Positions 11,217 to 25,613 of a stretch of 64,000 nt of DNA are shown piece after piece. Every line of letters starts with the position of its first letter. Within the stretch, counting starts at the first letter, position 1. A program made the position numbers and the translations under genes. This stretch comes from Klebsormidium nitens (lineage: Eukaryota; Plantae; Klebsormidiophyceae). The stretch is from the NCBI GenBank assembly GCA_000708835.1, contig DF237479.1, positions 115-64,114 on the forward strand, in the 5' to 3' direction. The notes below the pieces were generated by a model. The model saw only the letters and a program-made list of their open reading frames with translations. It searched no databases and was not told where the DNA came from.

Positions 11217-13056
11217 GATTATTCCGCCGTTGATATTCCGCTGAAAAATAAGGCTGGCGAAACTCGTATTAGGCTTGAGAAGTTACACTCAAAAGGGATC
11301 ATTGTTGCCTGCTCGACTCCAATGTACAGATAGCTCCCCTTTTCCAGCGACATTCTTGCGCATCTACTAGTTGCCGTTAATTGATTAAGAACCAGCGGGA
11401 TGCCAATAGGCCGTAACTTATATCAGTAGGGCAGTCGAACTTGTGAATCAACAAGCCGGTCAGACTCGCAGCTCAAGCGCGCTAGAGAGAAAAGTTCAGC
11501 ACTGAGTTATCATAGCTGCTAAAGAACAAACGGCTATCTTTAAACAGTCAGTCCGCGAGGGTGGTCGAATCAGGAGCAACTGTCTGTTTAGGGATTCAAG
11601 TAGTATAAACCTTTTGTTTGTTTACACTCTTAGCTACCGGAATTTGAATCGTGTTGGCCAACACGAGAAGAAACATGTAGAAACAGGTCATGACCGTGCG
11701 CCTCAAACCTTTGACGCGGTCAACCGGTGGGGTCCTGCACAAGCGTGTAAGACATGTAAGGATTATATTCATTGATTCGTAGAAGAGACTTTGTTGTAGA
11801 AGAGTCACGTTTCCGACGTGCATAGCCTGCTGTTAGTACTGCATTCGTCAGCATCATTGCATACACCATTTGGCCACGACCACGTCCAGTATAGCTAATC
11901 GTTCATCCAGAGCTAGTCATTCCTGTATACAGCTGCTGGATTGGCTTGATGTAATACTGTCTGACGCGGTACCTCATCGTCCCAGCTAGCATGTGTCAGA
12001 CGACTTTAGAAACTAAGAGCCAGCATGCTGGTTACTCGATGGTGCAATGCCACTTGTTTGCGGACGTATGTATCAGCCGCTCGCGCCTCGCATTAGCAGA
12101 AGCGAACACGCTAATATCGTTTGACCGTCTTTAAATGACGTGTACACGAGTCGCTTCAGTCAAGCTCCCGCCCGGTCACACATCCGTGGTCGTAAAATAT
12201 GCAGTCGATCGATTGGCACACTAAACTTGGAGACAAACCAATATTGTGTACCAGACCGGTCAGCAGGTTGTTTGCGGCGCAGGAGTATATTTCACTTGCT
12301 CGGCTCATAGTCCGTGAAACGCCGCCAGTTCTATGTGATATTGTCGAGGAGCAACAGGACTAGTCAATTGCTGTTGATTTGGAGGGTATTTTGGCAGCAA
12401 CCCGCATGTTTCGAAGTCTGTTCAATTATACAGACTTTTGTGCAATTTTCTCAGTGACAAGTAATGCTACGCAGGCTTATAGATGCGGTGTTGGTGATAA
12501 CGAGGCCACTTATTCCCGTTCCGCCAGATCCGGAAGCAGTGCCCACGATCGGCGAGTCGCCTCGGCCCTGCACGACAAATACCACAACATATTTTTCAGA
12601 GAACAAAATAGGATTCTGACGTGGCGGCGGTTCGAATGTGCTGGTGAATCGTGCTTCAAAGGAGCCTTCGGTTTAATTTCGTTGTGCCGTCAAATCATGG
12701 TTTCGCCCAGTCATAAAAGCTATCGAAGCCACGAAGCCCAGCAAGATCACATCTGCACAAAAGCGCTCGAGATCGAGAGGATATTAAATTGACAGTCTTA
12801 AGAGCGCCGCATCTCCACCTGTGAGCCAAGAAATTTCTGTACCGATCCAGTAACCCGAGTACACGCCGGCTCCCTACCTACGGACGATCCGGCAATCTCG
12901 GTCACCTGGAAAAATTAGGAATTCTCACTTCGCCAGCCAGCCCTTTCAGCAGAAATTGTTGAAGCGTCTGGTCTCAATCTGGTCATCCGGGCTGGAGAGG
13001 GCTTCCCACAAACCCACGAAGTTGACAAAGTTACACAGAACTCGAGATGCGTTGCC

Positions 13057-16000
13057 TCACCTGCAGGCTAACGAGATGTTGTCCCGGTCGAGCAACCCGA
13101 GCAGTCGCCGGCTCACGTTGTCCGCGATAACCGGCAGCTGCCTGAGGCCACGTGGCAGCATGGCGCGCTGCGCGGCCTCGAGCGTCGTCTCGGGGGTCAC
13201 GGTCAGCAGCCCGTGCCGCCGTTTCCAGTTACTGCAAACCTCGGTCACTAACCGTGTGTCAACCTGAAAGACAGACGGCAGGACGTCGTCAGTGGACGGC
13301 TCTACTTTCCAGTTACTGCAAACCTCGGTCACACGTGACGACCTGAGGACAGACGAGGAGACGTCGTCAGCGGACGGCTCGTACTTTGGTAATGGAAGCT
13401 GCATTCATTCAGTGTAAACTTGGAAAGGTAGGAATCAAACAGTGTTGGCCTGTGGGTAGTCAGCTGAGCCGCCGAGATCCTTCAAATTGACGACCAGAAG
13501 TCCAAACAATTACCCCGTGCAAAATCACTAGCGCCTGCACTTGCGAGCAGCCCCCAGCACCCGTTGCCGTCATATTCATCTCCGCCTGCACTTCTGCCAA
13601 AGCCAAAATCCTGGAACCTTGACAATCCCGGAAGTCGGGGCTCCAAAACCTCAACCATTTTGAAAAATGACCAGCGCCTGCGCTTGAGCGCGCCCGCCCA
13701 CAGCGGCGGCCGTCTCTTCCGCCTCCACTTGCACGTCTGCCAACGTCAGAATCCTGAAACCCTAACAACCCTAGGACTTGAACGTCAAAAACCCCACTCT
13801 TTCGAGGACTTACCAACGCCTGCGCTTGCGCGCGCCCCCCCGCGGCGGCCGCCGTCTTTTTCGCCTCCGCCTGGACGTCAGCCAACGTCAGGATCCCCTC
13901 GAGCACTCCCCCTTCCCCCACGACGAGCGCGCACCACTGGCGAGACGCCAGCATCGCCGCGACGGTCTCACGCACCGTCGCGGTGTTTGGGACCGTCATA
14001 AACGTTTGCGACATGGCAGTCGCGACCGTCATTTCGGACATGAGCTCCTCCTCGCTCATCACCTGCCACGTGGCGGATTTGACGTCAGCAGGAAAATTGT
14101 GACGTCAGCTTTCGTGAACTGTTGCGGTGTTTGGGACCGTCATGAACGTTTGCGACATCTCGGTTGCGACCGTCATCTCGAACATGAGTTCTTCCTCGCT
14201 CATCACCTGCCACGTGGCGACAAGCACGTCATCAAAAGGAAAAATGACGTCAGATTTCGTGCGCTGTTGCGGTGTTCGGAACCGTCATAAACGTTTGCGA
14301 CATCGCGGTCGCAACCGTCATCTCGGACATTAGTTCCTCCTCGCTCATCACCCGCCACGTGGCAAAAAGCACGTCACTTGAAGGACAATCTGACGTCAGT
14401 CCGGCATACTGTGTTTGGAACCGTCATGAAGGTTTGCGACATCGTAACCGCGACTGTTGTCTCGGACATGAGCTTCCTCAAACTCATCACCTGCCACGTG
14501 GAATATAAGCGTTGTATTGACTGCACACTTCGACAATCGTGGGGAGAGACACGAAACCCTAGCCTCGAAGCTCAGCGCTATCGACAATCTCGGAAATAGT
14601 TTCCAAGATAACCTGCTACGAGCATTGGAGGGGGAAGTAAATTGTGACTTTGGCTCGACAGTGTTGGGAAAACTAGGGTATCTGCAACGTTGGAGCTTCA
14701 CTTAGTAGCGCAACGTTCGGGTTGTTCGTGACGCATTGACGACTGGCAAAGCGGCGGTCATTTTGAAAGCTTAGGAGCTCCTCCTTGGGATGGTCACCGC
14801 AAACGCCTGAGCTCTAACGGAAATAAAACGATTTACAAGCCCCGAATCATCGATCCAAAAGCAGTCAAGTTCCCTGTATCGAACCCTTAGACAGCAATAA
14901 TCTAAATCACACAGTTCTTTCTGGTGTCCTCTAATGCATCCGCTAAAAAGGGAAAGTCGAAGGTCTTCAAATCGACTTCTCCCTTTACGTGTGAGCCCCT
15001 GTAGCCTTGACTTCGGACATCTCAAGGGTCCTCGAGACCTACCTTGGACTTGCCACGCGGAGTCTCAGTAAACCACTCAAACGTTGGCCTCAACATAGAA
15101 TGGACACCCGTTAACGTTTGTGAATTCCAACCATGGTCCTCACCTCGGGTCCCGCAACGCACAGCGACGTCTCGAGCGAACACAGCTCCCCCTCGTCGTC
15201 CTCAAACCCATCCATCGGTATACTCTTCTCCTCCCGCAAAAACACCGGCGCACCGTTCGTATATAAAACCGGGCCCTTGCTGCTGGCTGCTAACCAATCC
15301 GACGCGTTTTCTACAAGGGTCATACTTTCTCCGAGCAAACTGGGTTTGCTTAACCGGATTTCGGTCGGGGCGTAGTTTAGCAAACCGGGTTCGACTGTCT
15401 GTACAGCGGCTGTTGCTTCTAAGCCTACGCTAGCGGTTTGCAGGTTAGGCAGAGGGTTAAGAGTCGGGTTTGCGAGGACACCGGCCGTAACGGCAGCCCC
15501 GTTTGAGCCCACAGCATTACTCAACCCGTTCTGTAACCTCTGAACCGCCTGCTCGCGCCGTTCCGCCTCCGCCTGCCGTTTCCGCCGCCTTTTCTCTTCC
15601 TCCGCACTTTTGCTCGCGAGCGAAGACACCCACGAACTCAACCCGACGGCGCCCATCAGCGGCAATATGATCTGGTAATCTTGTGTCAACTCGAACAAGA
15701 GTAGGACTGCAGTCAGCGGCACTTGACACACGCCCGCGAGCATCGCGGCCATTCCCACCAGCGCGTACGCCTGCGGCTCGGCCAGTGAGAATTCCCCGAA
15801 GCTGAACCGCGGGTCGGCCGCCGCGAAAAAAGCGCCCGCGAGCTTCGCGTACGCGCTCCCGAGCGCGGCGCCCATGAAAAGCGATGGTGCGTAGACGCCG
15901 CCCACAAGGCCAGAGCCGCGGCAGAGGGCCGTGGCGACCAGCTTCACTCCGACTAGCTGAAGGAGGAGGCCTGCGAAAGGAAGCAAGTGGGATCAGTTCG

Positions 16001-19000
16001 GTCCCATGTCACCTGAGGGATTATTACAGCTGTCTCGCAAGTGGATTGAATCGTACTTTTCAAATGAACTGGGAGAGAGAGCGGGGGGTGCGATTAATGC
16101 GTCTTTCTTGTCGCTTCGCTCCGTTACAAGAGAAGACCTCTTAAGTCAACGGGTCACGTTCCATCCGGAACTGGCCTTCTCGTACGGACTACGTTTGGCA
16201 CGTCTTCGGCGCGTTCAGGCTCGTTTCCGGTTCTTTCTAAATCTTGCTAATCGTTGGTGCTTAGGGAAGACGGAAGCTCATGAAGTTGGTCGCAGCTATC
16301 GTTTCAGGGGACTTCCCGATACCCTCACCGGCTAGCGTGCGCAGACCAAAGTTGATCGACGAGCAACCTTGACAATGGTAACAACAAGGCGAGCGCTCGC
16401 TGAACTCAACTTTTCTGTATCTTGTTCGAGCATCTTCGACTTCCTCTACCGCTTCCTCCATCGAGACGCTTGCTTCGCAGTGGACAGTTTGCAAGACGCA
16501 CGAGACAGGTTCACAACAGCGAACCGCGACACGAGAGCCACCAAACAAAAGAATCTACGATGTGATACTGAACTTCGCCTACAGATCGCCGGGGACCAAG
16601 GTTGCCGGAAGCGCGGAACGAAGTACCGAGCTGAGCTACCGGGTAGCCGGATAGCTTTTGGACGAAGTATAGTGGTCGGTCTGCTTTCAATAAAGTCTAC
16701 CGGGAGGTCAATCAAACTAATTGTACCGATTGGTAAAATTACGGTAGGTAACTGATGGCTGAACAAAACGACGAATTCTCTTTCATCCACCGTGCCCTGA
16801 GTTGTAAAGTCCGGCGACAGAGGGATACCCATATTGGCGTGGAAGGGTCGCTCAATTGATTGTTGAGACCTCCCGGTAAGACATTTTCGACGGCCTTGCT
16901 AAACGCTCATAGATTCAGTTCGATAAAGTGCTGTACGTGCTAATCCGTCAAAAGATTCTGCCGCACTTGCCCGCGCTCCCGTCACCAAATTCACCGGTTT
17001 CGACGGTAAACGGCCTTTTATGTAGAAACAGGGCAATATTCTAGGTATGGCGTGTGCTGAGAAGTTCAGTAATCAGAAGAAGACACCGACACCATCCTCA
17101 AACAACCAAGAAGTTGAAGGACACGGAAAGCATTATTCAAGAGCATAAGATTACCACACCACCCACCTGTCGTTGGCGCGAGCGGGTTCCCCAACGGTTG
17201 TCTCGACTGCAGCACAACGTCCAGGTTCTCGAACCCCCAGTAGAGAACCTCCGGGTACGCGAGCGCTATGAGACCGACGCAGAGGGCCCCGACCGGGGGG
17301 AGAAACGCCGGGGGGATATTGTACTTTTTGCTAACTAGATCGAAACCTTGGGTGGCGAGCGCGGAGCTGCGGGTGTAGGCGACGGAGACGGCGCCGCAGA
17401 GGAGGCCCAGGAGAAGGTACAGCGGGAGCTCTGCAGGGGCGGAAAAATTTCAGTACTTTTTCCTTTTCCAAAGTTGACATTTTTGCCATAGTTGGTGTTT
17501 CTAGTACATCAATGTCGGTCAATATATGAGAAAGCAGAAGTAGCGACGAAGTTATTTGTTTCAACCGCAAGCGGATTAATTGGTCTGCAACTCGTATGGC
17601 AACCAGTCATGCGAGTTGGCAATGAGATCAGAGTCGAGTAATGTTTTCGGCTCAAAAAGAATTTCAAATCCCATGATTAGAATCGCCTTGGGCTGAGTCG
17701 GGGAGGTGAATTGAGGTGAGGGAACGGGTCAGAGGACCCTTCGTACACGACCGTTTCAAAGAGGGGCCCGCAAAGGGGGAGCTTTGGGGGAAAGGTAAAC
17801 AATAACAGACAGCTGAGGGACTTCGTTAAAATCTGCGGGCTGGTGGAAGACGGAATGTTGAGCAAAAAGCGGAAGTACGAGGATCCGTGACGAGGGCATT
17901 TGCAACCGGTCCGTGAACGGGAGTGTCTCCATTTACTTGCTGGTTTCGTAGTTTACTGAAACCAGGCAGTTCGAAGCAGATTGAGCACTTTCCAAAGATA
18001 CTTCTTCACAGGGGAGCTCTAGCCGACTGCTCTCACCAGCAGTTGCACGTGTCACCCTTAGACACAGTCATACGCTGAAAATGGGCAGACTCGAAAAGAC
18101 AAGAACTGCACGTCAAAAATAGTACACACATACGAGACGAAAGAGGACTTACCCGCAGCTGATCGAAGTTCAAAGGGCGGCACGATAAAAGTCGGGTCCT
18201 GTCCGAGGCCCGCTTGGGAAACGACAGAAGCGAGAACGGAACTGAGGAGCACCATAGCGGTGGTTAGGCTGGGGGAGGGGTCCGGGGACGTAGTCACTGG
18301 GCGGAGAACGGATTCGACGGCGAAGAAAGTGCCCGCTACTGCAGCGTTGAAACCTGGAAGGAGAAAACAAAGAACAAACGAATTATGGCTAGCAAGCTCG
18401 CAAGCACGAAACGGATTGGCTTTGGAAATTTAGGGTGGGTATGGGTGCGGAAGAGGTGAATTCATGGGTTTGGGTTCTGTGTTATGTTGCAAGATTTCTA
18501 TCTCTACAGCTTACTATATCACACTTTTATGTCATACAGAACTCCAGAGAATTTAAATGAGCAAGTTTTCCTGAGGAAAGGCAGTGACAACAACATGCAA
18601 AGACCATGCTAAGGTTGAAAGTCGTGAGGGACAAGAGTCTGACAGAGCCGAAAAAAAGCCTTCCTGTTCTGAGGTCACCCGCATGGATCTTCCAGAAAGG
18701 AACTGCACCCTGAAACGGGGTTTGGAAACTGAAACGGGGTTTGGAAAGACGTAAGGATTGTTGATGACTTGATACTTGAGTCTGGCATTGACATGGCATC
18801 ACGGAGACTGAAGTTCGATCAGATGGGATGCTTTCTCAAACAATCTCTCTCGCTTCCTGAACGCCTCCTTCCAGCCGTAATCATCCGCTCAAAGTCGCGT
18901 TTGAGCTCAGCTGATAGTAGCGGCCGCCGCTACCATGACTAGAAAGCAACCTTGTCAATTAGGAGACAGGCTATGCCTTTATAAAACCATTTTTATCACG

Positions 19001-21039
19001 ATGAAACTACCTACGTCGCCGAAGTCCCAGCCAGGGCGTCTGCTAAGCTCAGGGGATGCTTGGAAGCGCACACCAGTCAGACTCATTCTATGAGGATACG
19101 GTCTGGTTTTGTCACCCGACCACTTACGGGATTCCGACGCTGGAAGAGCTTCTCCAGAGCCAGCCCTGAAGAGGGTAAGGAAGCAGACAGCAGCAGTGTG
19201 TTGCACTGATTCTTTCCCAGTCTATTTCGCTCCTTAAACGCATTGAGCAACTGAATAATCAATCGCCAACCCCGAATCCTGAACCCCAAAAGGGAGAATA
19301 AAGATATCTCACCCGAGGAGATACCGGCCGCCGACCCCGCCGCCACAAGCGCCAGCTTCCTCTCCCTGCTGTTCTTCAGCACCGTCCCCAACCCGTTCGC
19401 CACGCTCGCCCCGATCTCCACGCTCGGTCCCTCAGGCCCCAACGAATTCCCCGTCCCTAGAGTCACTACCGCCGCCACCGCTTTCAGCGCCGGGGTGGCG
19501 ACCCCCCCGAGGCGCTGCCATATTTCGGAACCCCCTACCCCGCCACCCGCGCTGACGTCAGCGAGGACCGTGCGGAGGTGGTTGAGCAGGCCGACGACGA
19601 TGCCCCCCCCGACGGGGACGAAGACGAGGCGCTGCCACGTGGTTTCGAGGGGCTGCTGGCGGAGCCATGCGGCGCCGATCTCGGGGGTGCCTTCCCACAT
19701 GAGGTCGTGGAGGCCGTGGACCTGGGGGGGGGGGGGGGGATTTTTGAACACGTCGTATGTGCATTGATTGACTGTTTGGAGGCTCTTAAGAAACTAGGAG
19801 GGTGTCCACCAGCGAGGTGCAAAACAGGGACATAGGGCAAGTGTGAAAGGTGATTGTTTAGCGATCCTGCTGAAGTCGTGATATTCAATGGCAGACATGC
19901 CAATCGGACGGTCCAGATGTGACAGGATGCGCTGAGGCCTTTCCTGCAAATCAGATAGGGTCCCACGAGGCCTCAGCTTTTCCAGGAAACTGAACATCGA
20001 AAGGATAAGAAGATGGAGAAAGCCAAGTGGTGGTAGCAACGGCTTCCAACGGCAAATGATCAGGGTCGTTGAGTGATGATAGCAAGGAGTCTACATTGTT
20101 TGTCCCCTCAGATCTAAGATACTAGATGATGTGTCAAGGAGATACACACCTTGAACTGCCAGGAAGAATCTGGCAAGACCTCCCAGCTTCATGCAGACAG
20201 CTCCATTGCTGACTCAGACTCGAATGCAGCTTCCTAAGACTGCCTCCAAGAACCAGATTCATCAAGCTCCTCATTTGCAGGATGACTGCAAGGCTTGTCC
20301 CTTTTGGAGGCATCCTAGCGACGCCATTGTAACTTGAATCCCTTCTTGAGAAGGTCTGTGTTTAGATCAGCACAGTAACTGCACTACACCTTGAACTCTG
20401 TCTTTTGTTGATATCAACACTCTGACCACAACACATTCTGAGCTCACTTCCTTGCTGGGAGTGGGATTGTGACTGTACCACAAGAAACGCACTCCTCTGG
20501 TGAGATCAACATCATGACTGCACCAAATATGAGCTCACCCCTTTGTTGAACCCAACGACGATCACACCGGTGGCCAGCCCCACAACGCAGGACAGCAGCA
20601 GGGTTGCTCCCTCCGGAGGCAGCGCTTCCGACACCGCCATCGCCCCTTTCCATTGGGGGGGCTCCTCTGGCACGTTCAACTTCCCCCCATCTGAGAAACC
20701 TTTCTCTGCAGCTGGCGGAAGCGCGCTTGCAGGACGGAGACGGCCCTGCCATCGGCGATCAAGACTTGTGGCGCTGATGGCATTGCAGGAGGGAGCTCGG
20801 TTTCCCAAAGGTTGCTTGGAGCATTCAATGTGATGACTGCAGGGGAGAGAAGAGAAAACTGCAGGATATTCTCGAGCTGATCCTGATGCTTTATTTGTGA
20901 TGTCTGATCGTCGTGACCTCGGTCTTCCCGCTGAAGGCCATGGCTGCCACGATCCGTCCGCTTTCCGGAAGCCATGGCAGGATAGGAGGCTACTGCTCAA
21001 GCTGCCAAACAAGGGGACAGAACACACTGAAGACGCCAT
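13057..21039 (-). CDS. CLC: CLC chloride channel / anion-proton antiporter, CLC-e/f (prokaryote-like) type with C-terminal CBS pair
   Basis: Exons with GT-AG and consistent phase: 21039-20539, 19721-19313 (LGPEGPSVEIG, AAGSAAGISSG), 18353-18153 (FNAAVAGTFFAVE), 17430-17167 (ELPLYLLLG), 15970-15144 (GGVYAPSLFMGA), 14062-13814 (CBS1), 13263-13061 (CBS2). The terminal exon and exact start are uncertain. Confidence 0.93.
13240..13400 (-). repeat. About 79-bp duplication of the CBS2 exon acceptor and start
   Basis: gacgacgtc..tctgtc..cag|gt..gtgaccgaggtttgcagtaactggaaa at 13263 (real) and 13342. Confidence 0.85.
13500..14500 (-). repeat. Tandem degenerate copies of both ends of the CLC CBS1 exon in its flanking introns
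   Basis: Acceptor plus exon start (ccacgtggcag|GTGATGAGCGAGG..) at 14062 (real), 14206, 14351 and 14490. Exon end plus donor (..GCAGGCGYTR|GT) at 13814 (real), 13672 and 13529. Confidence 0.9.
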
Positions 21040-21988
21040 GATCTCAGCAGGCTGCTTGTGTCTTTCCGTCCAGCCCAGAATGGCGAGATCCTGAGGCTCT
21101 TAGCATGTATCACATGGTGATGATGACGTGGACAAGCAACTGCCTGAGCACAAGCTGGAGAGGTGTGCGCACCATTCAAACATGCTCAATGGATTCCCTT
21201 TCACCCTGATCTGTCAAATTCAGGAGTCACTTGGATATATCAATTGAATATATCCAATATGAACTGCCCGGCTGTAGGGAGTGCACAGGGGCACAGGGGA
21301 ACAGTGCTTTACGCCATTACCGTTCTCGTGCAACACTTCTGGCAACTTGAGCCGTGCGTTACGTCTGACGCTGCTGAAGAAAAGCTGCTGCCATACTGGA
21401 AGTAGTAGTTGTAGCCCGAGGGGGAGGGGATACGAGCGATATCCAGCTCCCGAGGCGAGATATCCCCCGAGGGCGTTCCACTACTACATCTTGTGTGCAC
21501 ACACTGCTGACAGCTCGAGAGAAGATCGTCACGAGTTCGCAACTTCTTGGGCGCCCCCACAGATTCTCAGCTCTCATCCCTGTTAAAAGTGTTCAAAGAA
21601 GCAAGCTCGCAGACCTTCAGCATTGTTCTATCTAGTTGCTAGATTCAATTACGAGCAGTACTGCACCGTCTTCCTGTGGTATTGTCCTCATGGTTGGACA
21701 CAACCAATTGAATTGAATTGAGTTGGTCAGCTGCCCAGGGTGGCTGCTTATCGATCAGTGCCAGGGATCAGTGTCGGCGGTTCTGGTGATACTGTGATAC
21801 AGCATAGTGGCACAGCATCTTAAAAAGTTGTGTCTTACCCGTTTGGTTGTTGCAAGCTGATACCTTATTGCAGATAATTGAGAGACTAGGAAAACGCATT
21901 TTGTTGTCTGAATCCGTCAATTTGAATTGGGTGGTGCCCGCTGAGGGACGTCGTACAAGCAGCTTGTCAGCTCTTTGGAGCGAGCAGT

Positions 21989-22493
21989 ATGATTGAAGTC
22001 ATCCTAAACGACCGGTTGGGGAAGAAGGTGCGGGTCAAGTGCAACGAGGATGACACGGTAAGTTTATTTAGCCTTTGCTTTGAATGTAATGGAACTTGAC
22101 TTGGGTCAGCAGTGTCTGTTTATAGTGCTTTGTTAAGGCTGTCCAGGTATTTGTGAGCTGATTGATGCTCCTAAGGACTTGAAATAAGTGCTACTACTTC
22201 CCGCCTGCTCTAGTTGATCTTACAACTAGACCCAATTGGGCAAAACGTCTATATTCACAAGTTTACTCCGTCGCGGCAGACTCTTGCAGTTTATTCTCCG
22301 GCCCCAGGTGTGATTTCTGTTTGCTTTGCTTTTTTTGCAGATAGGGGACTTGAAGAAGCTGGTGGCCGCTCAAACGGGCACAAGGCCAGAAAAGATCCGG
22401 ATACAGAAGTGGTACACCATCTACAAAGACCACATAACACTGGGTGACTATGAGATTCACGATGGGATGGGCCTGGAATTGTACTACAACTAA
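21989..22493 (+). CDS. UBL5: Ubiquitin-like protein 5 / Hub1
   Basis: Exons 21989-22057 and 22341-22493 give 73 aa: [73 protein letters not shown]. Missed by the ORF track because of the intron. Confidence 0.97.
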
Positions 22494-25400
22494 ACTCTGA
22501 TTGCGTAAGAACCCAGATACATTCTTGGCTGTTTCAGTTAGACATCTGGCTGCCACACTACAAAAGAGGAGCTCCTTCAACTGTAAGCGGTTTGTGGGGC
22601 CAAGGATGTCAAAGTCGATCTGGGAGCGCCTCAAAAACAGATGTTTTGGTGACCAGAAAGAGCTCTTGGGAGGAACTCCAATGGACATGAAGAAGTCTAG
22701 TCAAGCTACAGAATTGCTCGACATCCTCATGTAGCTAATAGTGAAAGAGGAGCTTTAGCTAGTTCCGCCACTGCTGGCGTATCGAAGGCTAGTAATGGCC
22801 CACGTTTTAGAAATTCACCTCACCTTACTGTCCGTGTGGGCCATCCGAGTGATGCTCTCTCAGAAAAAGATTGTACACCAGCCAGCTGGGTCCCTTTGCA
22901 TCCCCTGCAATTGAGTTTGTAATTGCCTCCTGAACTTTCGATACATCCATATTGAAAACTTGTCATTTCTTCACGAGTTTCTAAGCACGTGTCTATTCAG
23001 TCCACAGCTACTTGCAGTCCGCAACATGGTGCTTTTGAATGATGCCTAGCTGCGTTAAGTTGATCGGAACAAAGCATGATGAGTCAAACCGGATTGATTC
23101 AGTGGATATATGCATGGATAGTCAAATCTGCATGTCGCATTAACAATCGAGCAAGTATGATCGACGGGAGTGTGAGCAGTTGCCGCAGTTGTGGCCGATC
23201 CAAGCAGCGTGCCATCCATGACGGTCCAGTCATTCATGTCGAAAACTCGGCATTTGGCGGCTAGTGCAAGCCGCCCTCGCAGTCCGGCATGGGCATACGC
23301 TACAAGTGGTCATGCATCATCAACTGCGGGGATTGCTTGCTTAGATTCACCAATCAACAAGCATTAATTTCACCTGAAGGGGAGCTTCGATGACAGAACT
23401 TTGCGACCGGACTTCATATGCACTGTTCCAAAAACACTTGAGGGACTGAAGCTAACACTACAGCATGTCCTAAGGGAAAGGTCCCTGTTCCGTTCCTTTT
23501 CAGCTACTTAGTCCTGGATACTCAACAACACTAGTCCTCATTCAACAAGACTGTCCTCTATGGCACACGCAATACACATCGACTACAGGAACGGTACAAG
23601 TACACTCCTACTGAATTACGTCAACTAACCTGGCCCACCCTCATGCAAGATTACACTGTGCCCATATGGTACAGCGTACAGGACTAGGACAACAGCACAC
23701 TCACTCTACTTAATTGTTGTCACTGGCAGTACCTGCTTCTACATGAACTCTCAAGTGCTGCATATGGTGTTAGACCCGATGCTTCGAAGCAAGCATTGAG
23801 CAAGCAATGCTGCCAGGTTAGTTACGCCTTGCGCTGTCTACGTCCTGCTTTGACTCCCTCACTTCGCTTTCTCAGCGACAGGGGCTTTCTGATCATGCTT
23901 GGGATGCTGTCTGCAACGCCCAGACGAGATTTGAAGTTAAAAGGAGACAGTTTCTCTATCATGGGACACTGCAATTGATGCAGGCTCGGGCCCCTTAACC
24001 TCGCACACAAGATGTTGCCATCAACGAAGTGTTCAATAGCTCCCACAAAGGCGGGAAGTATGGTGTATCGTCGATTCCCGCAAAGTTCGCACCTAACGAA
24101 TTGCAGACTGGCCGTGCAACATCTTGGGTGCGAGTTTAAGGTACCCGAGAGGATTCATCGGGGACCCTCTGAACATCATAAGAAACTGCTCCAGCCAGGT
24201 CTACCGAGTGAAGTCAAATATTTTCAAGAGATAGGCTTTCTGCTCACTTTGCCACCTCGGCATCATCGTCATAATTCGGGTCCCTGGGGTCGATTGTGTC
24301 TACCCCGTCCAGCTCCTCACCGGCCTTTCCCCATCCGCCATACCCCTCTGCAAACAGGGCAAAAGGAAATTATTTGTCAGAAACTCTGCTGAGAAGTTAC
24401 ACATTTGATGGTGCCCAATGTCGGCGCACTTGTCATAGACCAGTAGAAGGCATGAAGAATAGGGAAGCTAGCGGCATAGAGCTGGTACACAACCTGGTGG
24501 GAACTTGACATGCTTCACTGGACCTTGTAGGCATTGCATAGCGAGCAAAATTCAGGAAGAAAGCTTCCAGAAGTTCAATAATGATGTCCTGATGACAAGC
24601 TCTTCTATTAACCTTATCCTTGATTGATGGGAAGGTTCTTCTCAGTTGCTCTCATCGCCGGTCAATGCAGTCAGAGGCAGTAAAGTATCAATTTTGAGTA
24701 AGAACGTTCTCTTTCTGAACCCCACATATTCCACAGGCGATGGAACCTCATCGTAGAGCACAACTTGACACTGGTACTCTTTCGTACAGAATTACCCCAC
24801 CTTATACAGACTTTATGCAGCCTCCTCAAATGTACAGACAATGACTGACACAGTCAGTGTACAGAAGTACCCTACCTTTCTTGGGTGAGCCATAATAGGC
24901 AGAGCCTGTTGCAAAAAAGAAGCGGTCAATTTATGAACACTCAAAAGCACTGGAGAGATTGCAGACGCAATGTAGCGCTAAGAAAGGCTAACAACAGGTT
25001 TTGAACACAACCAACAGGTATAGATAAGACCGAAATTGTGACGTGATGCTTCTTGAAGTGCACACCATACATACTTGCTCACAGCTTGCGCCTCATTCCT
25101 ACCATTGGTACACGTCTTAAAAGCATTTGACACTGCGAGGACAGGCGGCGAGCCCACTCACCCGAGTGCCTCTCGAGCCGGACCGCTCCCTTTTTCACCT
25201 GGAGGTGATGCTCATGCTTGGCAGCTCCGGTGTTTGCAGTCCCTGTCATGGCGGCTCAAAGGAGGGGAATGTACGACGCCTCGCTTGCTTGATTGACTTT
25301 CTTCACAAGGTTTTCCTGCGTTTTCCTGCATTGCAGATTCTGACCCGCGGGGCCGGGGCTGAAAACTCGAAAGCTTGGAAGACGGGTTCACTGTTTGGCT

Positions 25401-25613
25401 TGACACCGTTCTGGATATCTCATTCTTGTTAAATCCCAACAGATTTAAGTAGTGTCAAGTCTCACGTCCCGTGAAGTGATCATTGAAAGCTGACGTGGAG
25501 GATGTCCAGCAATGCTCATATTATTATGAGTCATTGTGTGTGAGGATTGGCACCAATTGGCAAATGCAGCATTGCAAGACTTCGCATTCTGGATGCTTCG
25601 CATTTCTCCATTA

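Noticed and set aside
16000-17100. Overlapping 95-128 aa ORFs in a CLC intron
   Set aside because: No family similarity, and the CLC frame is complete without them.
21989-22493. Functional link between UBL5 (splice-site selection factor) and the decoy splice arrays
   Set aside because: Proximity only; UBL5 is a universal housekeeping gene.
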